Shown here piece by piece: positions 8,668-14,442 of a stretch of DNA of 17,935 nucleotides. This stretch comes from a virus. Taxonomy: Duplodnaviria > Heunggongvirae > Uroviricota > Caudoviricetes. The DNA is taken from IMG/VR virus record IMGVR_UViG_3300030618_000005, one strand, 5' to 3'. Under the pieces are notes generated by a model. The model saw only the letters and a program-made list of their open reading frames with translations. It was not told the DNA's origin and made no database searches. A program made the translations under genes and the position numbers. How positions within the stretch are numbered: the first letter of the stretch is position 1; each line of letters opens with the position of its first letter.

Positions 8668-9080
8668 TGCTTAGACAAGACGATTACCTGAAGGGCCAGC
8701 TCGTATATCAGGGCTGGCTCTACGGTAAAGAATACGGCGGCCATCAGGTCTCGTGCATGATTATGTCGTGCTTGATGAACCGTGTGAAGTCCGGCTGGGG
8801 CAACATCCTCGACGTGATCGAGACCATGCCCAAGTACCTTGCAGATGCAGGGGACGCTGGCCGACCACTAGAGAAGCCACAAATCTGGGAACCGGGGTTC
8901 ATCCATCTGCTTCACGATGTAGAAGCGATCTTCGATCAAACGATGGATCACGCAAAAGGCGCTATGTACTGGGCTGACCTTCGCCGCGTGAACACGCCGT
9001 TCTTCCTGAATAAGATTCTGGCAGACAAGGAGAGCCACCCTCGCGTATGCGAGAGCAATTCCTTCGCCTGCTTCAAGTGA
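8667..9080 (+). CDS. Divergent SleB/Hydrolase_2-like cell wall hydrolase homologue
   Basis: TAATG overlap. IMSCLMNRVKSGWGNILDVI resembles the SleB 'VILNRV...T+..V+' motif and KGAMYW resembles 'GALYF'. It is followed by two membrane-protein genes. The usual catalytic 'EARGE' motif is not conserved. Confidence 0.5.
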   Translation: MLRQDDYLKGQLVYQGWLYGKEYGGHQVSCMIMSCLMNRVKSGWGNILDVIETMPKYLADAGDAGRPLEKPQIWEPGFIHLLHDVEAIFDQTMDHAKGAMYWADLRRVNTPFFLNKILADKESHPRVCESNSFACFK

Positions 9081-9086
9081 GGACGT

Positions 9087-9386
9087 ATGGCTTTCAAATT
9101 CATTCCATCCCTAGTGGGGAAGCTGGAGAAGTACGAAAAGTACTTGCCGCCTCCTCTACGCGAGGTTCTGTCTGAACCCGATGGGTCCGGCTCCTATAGC
9201 CGTACATCCGGGTTTCTCATCATCGTTGCCGTCATCCTCTGGGGCAGCTATCTCGTCATCCATAACCACGCTATGCCCGATCTTGCGGGCGCAGCAGCAC
9301 TAGTGGGCAGCGCGCAGGCCGCTTACGGTGTCAACAAGGTAATGAACAAGAAGAACGACGGAGGCCCAGATGCAACTACCCCTTGA
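9087..9386 (+). CDS. Holin-like membrane protein (two hydrophobic segments)
   Basis: RBS GAGGA. Hydrophobic segments GFLIIVAVILWGSYLVI and LAGAAALVGSAQAAYGV are followed by a charged tail (NKKNDGG). Adjacent to the hydrolase-like gene. Confidence 0.55.
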   Translation: MAFKFIPSLVGKLEKYEKYLPPPLREVLSEPDGSGSYSRTSGFLIIVAVILWGSYLVIHNHAMPDLAGAAALVGSAQAAYGVNKVMNKKNDGGPDATTP

Positions 9387-9801
9387 CTCCCATAACGTCA
9401 GCAACGCGATTCAATTCGTGAACTGGCTGGCAACTGAATGGAAGTCTATTGCGTTCGTCGTAGCTGTCATCATCACGACCTATAAAGGATTCGACTGGGT
9501 GAAGCAAATACGAACGAAAGACCTAGCAGAGTTGCACACAAGTGTGGGATACGTCAACAGCGGTATCACATCCCTCGGAGCAAAAATCGACAACCTAAGT
9601 GAGAAGCTGGAGACAAAGCTCGACTCACAGACATCAGCGGTAGTCTCGGAGCTAAAGGAAATGCGAGGGGACTTCCGAACCTTCTACATTTCACCAGTGG
9701 CCCAGATGATGCCAGCCCGCTCCAAGCCAGCACGCAAAGTCACTAAGCGACCTGTCAAAAAGAAGATCACCAAGGTGGACTTGACACTGGACGCGGAATA
9801 G
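9370..9801 (+). CDS. Single-TM coiled-coil membrane protein with basic C-terminal tail (lysis-accessory candidate)
   Basis: RBS GGAGG. TM segment SIAFVVAVIITTY, then the heptad-like LGAKIDNLSEKLETKLDSQTSAVVSELKEM, then a K/R-rich tail. Confidence 0.55.
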   Translation: MQLPLDSHNVSNAIQFVNWLATEWKSIAFVVAVIITTYKGFDWVKQIRTKDLAELHTSVGYVNSGITSLGAKIDNLSEKLETKLDSQTSAVVSELKEMRGDFRTFYISPVAQMMPARSKPARKVTKRPVKKKITKVDLTLDAE

Positions 9802-9809
9802 GGTACACT
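9781..9809 (+). promoter_or_regulatory. Sigma70-type promoter (TTGACA-N17-TACACT)
   Basis: Perfect -35 at 9781-9786, 17-nt spacer, TACACT at 9804-9809. It sits at the boundary between the structural/lysis block and the accessory block. Confidence 0.8.
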
Positions 9810-9816
9810 ATTCACA

Positions 9817-9855
9817 ATGGCTAAGCAAGACAAATCTACCACAGGAGGAAGATGA
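9817..9855 (+). CDS. Putative leaderless 12-aa uORF (MAKQDKSTTGGR) overlapping the next start (ATGA)
   Basis: The ATG at 9817 lies 7-8 nt after the -10 box, i.e. at the predicted transcription start. Its stop TGA (9853-9855) overlaps ATG 9852-9854. Confidence 0.3.
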   Translation: MAKQDKSTTGGR

Positions 9856-11219
9856 CCGGAGCACAGAAGGACATTACAAGAGACCTAAAGCGAGTGGCCG
9901 CAGCGCATGGCGGGGCAAGCAGATCGGTCTACCTCGAACACGGACAATACAGCGAACGTCAAATTCGAAATGTGTTTGGATCGTACGGGGCAGCATTACA
10001 GGCGGCTGGCGTATTGGTTACGCCTTCCGGCCCGAAGCCAAAGGAGAGCAAGGGTGATTCGAATCAACCACAAGATAAGAGTCAGTTAGTCGAGAGCGTA
10101 GAGTACGCCGACGACAAGATGAAGATCGTCAAGAAGTCCGAGAAGAACATTCGAACCCTCGAAGAGCTTCTGGATGTCTGTAATGTCGATCTGGACATCT
10201 GGGAAGTGGAACGCTGGAAGTGCAACCAGTGGGCGATGGCCGGGTTCCCCAAGACCGTAGGCTCTAGCCGACACTGGCACCGCGAGTCCACGGCCCCCAT
10301 CATCACCCCCGTCTGGCAAGTACAGGCGACCTTCAAGCCAAAGAAGAACGGCAAAGAGGTACGCGAAGAGATTGAGGAGCTGAAGGCTGAGCTGAAAAGC
10401 AGAGCCAGCTTCGTACCGCGCTACACCAAGCAGCGCGTACACGGTACAGGCAACATTCTCGAACTGCTTATCCCCGACCTCCATGCAGGCAAGCTTGCGT
10501 GGTCGAAGGAGACTGGGTACGCGGACTACGACCTGAACATCTCCATCGAGACCTACCGTCGCGCACTGGACTCGCTCCTAGCGCAGGCGTCACTGTACAG
10601 CTTTGACAAGATCGTTCTGGGCGTCGGCAACGACCTGCTTCAGACCGACAACATTCAGGGCACCACATACAGCGGAACCAAGGTGGACACCGACAGCCGT
10701 TACCACAAGGTCTACAAGACTGTGCGTAAGATGCTGGTGGAGACAATCGAGAAGCTTCGTCGTATCGCGCCGGTCGAGGTAAAGCTCATCCCCGGCAACC
10801 ACGATACGTTGAGCACCTTCACGATGGGTGATTCGCTTGAGTGTCGCTTCTATGACTACGAGGACGTTATCGTAGACAACGAACCGACCAAGGCGAAGAC
10901 AGTCGAGTGGGGTGAGTGCTTCATCGTTCTCGTCCACGGGCACGAAGGTAAGCAGGCCGACTACGGCATGTGGCTTGCATCGAAGTGGCCTAAGGAGTTC
11001 GGTCGCACTAAGTTCCGCGAGATTCACGTGGGTCACAAGCACAAGACGGCATTGGATGAGAAGTTCGGCGTACGTGTACGCACCTTCTCCGCACTCTGCC
11101 CGCCTGACGCATGGCACTCTGACAACACCTTTACCGGCAACCTGCGAGTCGCAGAAGCCTTGGTCTGGAACAAAGACCGTGGTCTGGTGGCTCAATTTTA
11201 TCACACAGAGATCGACTGA
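9852..11219 (+). CDS. Calcineurin-like metallophosphoesterase fused to an N-terminal homing-endonuclease-associated repeat (HNH_repeat-like) domain
   Basis: N-terminal DITRDLKRVA...Y...GQYS...FGSYGAALQAAG. All five metallophosphoesterase motifs are visible: PDLH, GND, GNHD, HGH, GHKH. RBS AGGAGG. Confidence 0.85.
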   Translation: MTGAQKDITRDLKRVAAAHGGASRSVYLEHGQYSERQIRNVFGSYGAALQAAGVLVTPSGPKPKESKGDSNQPQDKSQLVESVEYADDKMKIVKKSEKNIRTLEELLDVCNVDLDIWEVERWKCNQWAMAGFPKTVGSSRHWHRESTAPIITPVWQVQATFKPKKNGKEVREEIEELKAELKSRASFVPRYTKQRVHGTGNILELLIPDLHAGKLAWSKETGYADYDLNISIETYRRALDSLLAQASLYSFDKIVLGVGNDLLQTDNIQGTTYSGTKVDTDSRYHKVYKTVRKMLVETIEKLRRIAPVEVKLIPGNHDTLSTFTMGDSLECRFYDYEDVIVDNEPTKAKTVEWGECFIVLVHGHEGKQADYGMWLASKWPKEFGRTKFREIHVGHKHKTALDEKFGVRVRTFSALCPPDAWHSDNTFTGNLRVAEALVWNKDRGLVAQFYHTEID

Positions 11220-11407
11220 TGGGAATCTTCAGGAGACTATTTCGCAAACCTAGGTACACGTTCTCTTCTGTCCAAAGCTTCAAGATGCTGACACAGGCAC
11301 AGATGCTAATCAATAATGGTAGGGAGAGCGAGGCGCGATTGGTAATTCTTAGTGGACAGGAAAAGTTCCCTAAGGATGCGATCTGGTTCACGTGGAAAAA
11401 CCTTTGA
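11219..11407 (+). CDS. Small hypothetical protein (62 aa), basic amphipathic N-terminus and single TPR-like helix pair
   Basis: TGATG overlap with the upstream stop. MGIFRRLFRK is followed by LTQAQMLINNGRESEARLVILSGQEKFP. Confidence 0.55.
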   Translation: MGIFRRLFRKPRYTFSSVQSFKMLTQAQMLINNGRESEARLVILSGQEKFPKDAIWFTWKNL

Positions 11408-11432
11408 CATCCACGGCCCTCTGGTGTACAGT
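11404..11432 (+). promoter_or_regulatory. Sigma70-type promoter (TTGACA-N17-TACAGT)
   Basis: TTGACA at 11404-11409, 17-nt spacer, TACAGT at 11427-11432. The predicted start near 11439 precedes the GAGGG RBS and ATG at 11449. Confidence 0.8.
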
Positions 11433-11448
11433 AACACTAGAGGGCACT

Positions 11449-11664
11449 ATGTCTGAACCTTTCGTGGTAGATGAAGAACTCGTACGGCAAGATCAGGTGG
11501 GAGACATCATCACCCACACAGACGGCACACGCTGGATAGTGACAAAGAGAACCGCCCGTAACATGGTGGTTGTCCAATATCACTGGTACAATGCGGCAGT
11601 CGATTGGATCGTTGGTAAGACCAAGGAGCTGTTCAGTGCCAAAGATAAAAATAGTAGAGCCTAG
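11449..11664 (+). CDS. Small hypothetical beta-barrel-like protein A (71 aa)
   Basis: ATG at 11449 with RBS GAGGG downstream of a promoter; the track's 11392 start lies upstream of that promoter. Similar to the next gene. Confidence 0.65.
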   Translation: MSEPFVVDEELVRQDQVGDIITHTDGTRWIVTKRTARNMVVVQYHWYNAAVDWIVGKTKELFSAKDKNSRA

Positions 11665-11929
11665 CTCAGTTCTTGCGAACTACGAGCTTGGAGACGTGTT
11701 CATGGTCGCGGGCGACAAGCGCCTGTGGCAGTTGATACACCGTGACCCGTGGAAAGCTTACGTGCAGAAGATCACGTTCTGGGACGAGCTGAAGCACTGG
11801 TTCAAGAAACGAAAAGCGAGGAGACGCTTTGCAAGCGAACAATCTAAGTCTGGTAGGAAGCTGCCTGCCCTACACGGCAGCACAATCGAAGGCTACAACG
11901 ACAAATCCGAAAGACCTTCAGGGCAGTAA
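11636..11929 (+). CDS. Small hypothetical protein B (97 aa), apparent paralogue of A
   Basis: In-frame GTG at 11636 with AAGGAG 7 nt upstream. It shares a GD-hydrophobic...R-W...R...V...W...W pattern with gene A. Confidence 0.6.
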   Translation: MPKIKIVEPSSVLANYELGDVFMVAGDKRLWQLIHRDPWKAYVQKITFWDELKHWFKKRKARRRFASEQSKSGRKLPALHGSTIEGYNDKSERPSGQ

Positions 11930-12392
11930 GAAAGTCCCGCTGGGCCAAGTGTGCCCGGTAGCGATGGCGCACGAAGCTTGTGCAATGCTCGACGGTGACC
12001 TGAAGTACGGGTACCGCAACTGGCGAGAGAAGAACGTAGTCGCCAATATCTACATCCACGCAGCTCTACGACACCTTCAGAGCTGGGCTGAAAAGCAAGA
12101 GGTAGCAGAAGACTCTGGTGTGCATCACCTCGGCCATGCCCGTGCGTGCCTCGGTATCCTATTGGACGCTCAGGCCAACGGCAACCTGATCGACGACCGC
12201 GCAGCCGGTGTGTTCCCTGAGGTGGCACACCAACTCGAAGACTGGGTGACTAAGCGCGTAGCGAAGCACACACTGGAGCAGGCGGCCAAGGCGCAAGCGG
12301 CGGCTCGTGACCAGTTCACCTTGCAGTCCGACACCTTGAATCAACAGGTCGGCATGGGCTATATCAACAACGCAGCACAGGGGAACAGCTAG
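11829..12392 (+). CDS. DUF5664-type dATP/dGTP diphosphohydrolase N-terminal-domain protein
   Basis: TTG start with GAGGAG RBS. NPKD...KVPL...A.A...G..KYG.RNWR......Y..A..RHL..W...E....DSG.HHL.HA.A...IL is the family signature. Confidence 0.85.
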   Translation: MQANNLSLVGSCLPYTAAQSKATTTNPKDLQGSKKVPLGQVCPVAMAHEACAMLDGDLKYGYRNWREKNVVANIYIHAALRHLQSWAEKQEVAEDSGVHHLGHARACLGILLDAQANGNLIDDRAAGVFPEVAHQLEDWVTKRVAKHTLEQAAKAQAAARDQFTLQSDTLNQQVGMGYINNAAQGNS

Positions 12393-12686
12393 ATGCCGAG
12401 AGACGAGAAGGGGCGCTTCGTGAATAGCGAAGACGGAGAAATCTACGGAACGTACATTGATGAGAAAGGATACCCGCGCATCAGCGCAGGCCCGCATCGG
12501 GGCGTACGTGTCCACACTCTTGTCGCAGAAGCAATGCTGGGCCGGAAGCTCAGGCAGGGCGAGGACGTACATCACAAGGACGAGAACAAGCTCGACTGTG
12601 CATGGACGAACCTAGAAGTAATCGACCACGTGGCGCATGGCAAAGTAAGCTCAGCCAGCTACCAGAAGTCGAGGGAGAAGTTCTAA
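12393..12686 (+). CDS. HNH endonuclease (HNH_3-like), small
   Basis: RVHTLVAEAMLG...DVHHKDENKLDCAWTNLEV...H motif, with a PRDEKGRF motif at the N-terminus. ATG directly follows the upstream stop. Confidence 0.85.
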   Translation: MPRDEKGRFVNSEDGEIYGTYIDEKGYPRISAGPHRGVRVHTLVAEAMLGRKLRQGEDVHHKDENKLDCAWTNLEVIDHVAHGKVSSASYQKSREKF

Positions 12687-12904
12687 TGGACTCAATGAAG
12701 CAGGGCAACAAAGGCGCAGACTGTAATGTCCTTCAGGAGTTCTTCGACGCCAAGCCAGCAGACGGAAAGTTCAACCCCGTCACCCCGGTCAGTCAATTCA
12801 ATCCCGTGACTGTCCCAAGCAAATTCAATCCCGTGAAGCCAGAGAGTCAATTCAACCCTCTCGCTCCGCCTAGCCGATTCAATCCCATCCCGAGTTGCGA
12901 GTGA
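12686..12904 (+). CDS. 72-aa microprotein ending in five tandem 9-aa [KQR]FNP repeats
   Basis: A TAATG overlap at 12684-12688 supports the ATG at 12686 rather than 12602. The repeats vary at synonymous positions but keep F-N-P. Confidence 0.75.
   Translation: MDSMKQGNKGADCNVLQEFFDAKPADGKFNPVTPVSQFNPVTVPSKFNPVKPESQFNPLAPPSRFNPIPSCE
12767..12901 (+). repeat. Five degenerate 27-bp tandem repeats encoding KFNPVTPVS / QFNPVTVPS / KFNPVKPES / QFNPLAPPS / RFNPIPSCE
   Basis: Units start at 12767, 12794, 12821, 12848 and 12875. The core TTCAA(C/T)CC recurs every 27 nt, and the last unit ends exactly at the stop codon. Confidence 0.9.
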
Positions 12905-12909
12905 GTCCA

Positions 12910-13098
12910 ATGAACTTCACACCACTCGGAGACCCGAACTTCAAGCCCGTACTTGTTGAGACGTTTCGTGGGCCAAGGGAGATGGAACAGCGTCTCAATA
13001 CGCTGGCCCTAGACCCAACCAATCGATATAGCCTTGAGGGATTCTCAATCTCCAACGGGTTGTACGTGGTGATCCTTATCTGGACACCAGAAGAATAG
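12910..13098 (+). CDS. Small hypothetical protein (62 aa; alternative GTG start at 12901), possibly DUF4177/DUF1737-like beta-alpha-beta fold
   Basis: The ORF abuts the upstream stop and ends just before a terminator. VLVETF...EMEQRLNTLA...YSLEGF...YVVIL pattern. Confidence 0.55.
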   Translation: MNFTPLGDPNFKPVLVETFRGPREMEQRLNTLALDPTNRYSLEGFSISNGLYVVILIWTPEE

Positions 13099-13113
13099 AC
13101 GACGACGCAGCTA

Positions 13114-13138
13114 CCCCTCCTTCGGGAGGGGCCTTTTT
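13114..13138 (+). terminator. Rho-independent terminator with C(UUCG)G tetraloop
   Basis: CCCCTCC-TTCG-GGAGGGG followed by CCTTTTT. Confidence 0.85.
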
Positions 13139-13154
13139 CCGTCTAGGAGGAGTG

Positions 13155-13643
13155 ATGCACAAAACCGCATTTATCGAAGGAGTGTACCGCTATTCCCTCA
13201 CACGTGAGTGGGATGCGTCTTTGCCTGTCTTATACTGGGTAATGCTCAATCCATCGACCGCCGATGCTATGAATGACGATGCCACCATCAAAAAGTGTAT
13301 TGGCTTCGCAAGGCTCAATGGTTACGGAGCTATTATGGTAGTCAACCTATTTGCCTACCGCGCTACCGACCCAATAGAATTGACCAGTACTCCATCGGAT
13401 GTGGTTGGGGCGCTCAACAATGGTGTCATCGAATCCATCCCCGTAGGTGCCGATGTGGTATGTGCGTGGGGTTCGTTTATTCACACCAAACCTTCCCTAC
13501 GGTATAGGGGCAGAGAGGTCATGCGAATTATCAAGGGTCGCAACCTTCTCTGTGTCCGTAGAACCGAAGACAGACCGTGGCACCCGCTCTATGTCAAGTA
13601 CGGAGCGTTCCTTGACTTCAATGATGTTTTGAAAGAGGAGTAA
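13155..13643 (+). CDS. DUF1643 family protein
   Basis: YRY.L.R.W......VMLNPSTAD...DD.TI.KC..FA...GYG...VVNLFAYRATDP...VVCAWG...HPLY signature. RBS AGGAGG; alternative GTG start at 13152. Confidence 0.85.
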   Translation: MHKTAFIEGVYRYSLTREWDASLPVLYWVMLNPSTADAMNDDATIKKCIGFARLNGYGAIMVVNLFAYRATDPIELTSTPSDVVGALNNGVIESIPVGADVVCAWGSFIHTKPSLRYRGREVMRIIKGRNLLCVRRTEDRPWHPLYVKYGAFLDFNDVLKEE

Positions 13644-13646
13644 TGT

Positions 13647-14432
13647 ATGTCAGCACCAACCCAAACGACAACCCCGGCTGCACCAGCAGTCCCGGTGGTC
13701 CCTGTGGCAACGACTGTTGCTACGACGAAGACGTGGCTTCAGAATCACGAACGCCTTATCCTCGTAGTCCTCGTGCTTTCCTTTCTCGTCTTCGGAGTGA
13801 GCAAGTACTTCGACCGCGAGGCCACCAAAGATCAGGCCGCCGCTAGTCTCGCGCAACAGCAACTCGCCGTTGCATCCGAGAACAGCAAAGCCCTCGCCGC
13901 TCAGGTAGCAGGCCAGACGGCGCAGTATCAGGCGCTTGTGATTCAACTCACACAGCAGAACGCTCAGCTAACTCAGCAGGTCAACACCCGCACGGTCGTG
14001 CTACAGCAGCAAGTAGCCACCGATAAGAATCTCCCCTTGCCGCTTCTTGGCAATCGATGGGCGACTCTTATTCAGGCAGCACCGGGCGACTTGACTGCCA
14101 CAACCGCAGGGGTCACCGTATCGCCTCAGGCGGCGTTGGCCACTGTTACCCAACTCGAATCTGTACCCGTGCTCTCGAAGAACCTAACTGACACGCAGAC
14201 AGAGAACACCAACTTGAACGCAGAGCTTACATCCTCTGACGATCTGACAACCGGCCTGAAGTCTCAGGTCACAGCTTTGAACACTCAACTGGGAGACCAG
14301 ACGAAAGCATGTAAGGCCGAAGTAGCCTCGGTAAAGGCTTCAGCTCGACGTGGAAAACTCAAGGCATTCCTGTTCGGAGCTGGCGTAGGAGTTGGCGTAA
14401 CCCTAGGGATCGTCGTCCACGCTTTGTTGTAA
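13647..14432 (+). CDS. Membrane-anchored coiled-coil protein with N- and C-terminal hydrophobic segments (spanin-like candidate)
   Basis: RBS GAGGAG. TM segment LILVVLVLSFLVFGV, a Q/A-rich coiled coil, a Pro-containing hinge, a second coiled coil, then RRGKLK and FLFGAGVGVGVTLGIVVHALL at the C-terminus. Confidence 0.6.
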   Translation: MSAPTQTTTPAAPAVPVVPVATTVATTKTWLQNHERLILVVLVLSFLVFGVSKYFDREATKDQAAASLAQQQLAVASENSKALAAQVAGQTAQYQALVIQLTQQNAQLTQQVNTRTVVLQQQVATDKNLPLPLLGNRWATLIQAAPGDLTATTAGVTVSPQAALATVTQLESVPVLSKNLTDTQTENTNLNAELTSSDDLTTGLKSQVTALNTQLGDQTKACKAEVASVKASARRGKLKAFLFGAGVGVGVTLGIVVHALL

Positions 14433-14442
14433 GGAGCAATAA

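Noticed and set aside
12767-12901. 27-bp repeats as a CRISPR array or DNA-binding iterons
   Set aside because: There are no spacers, the units are contiguous and degenerate, and variation is concentrated at synonymous codon positions.
12895-12912. Programmed frameshift fusing the FNP-repeat protein to the next ORF
   Set aside because: No recognisable slippery heptamer or downstream stimulatory structure. Ordinary GTGA overlap or reinitiation explains the junction.
13643-13846. Overlapping Cys-rich 67-aa ORF as an embedded o-spanin
   Set aside because: No signal peptide or lipobox, and it lies at the 5' end of the host gene. The RBS spacing favours ATG 13647.
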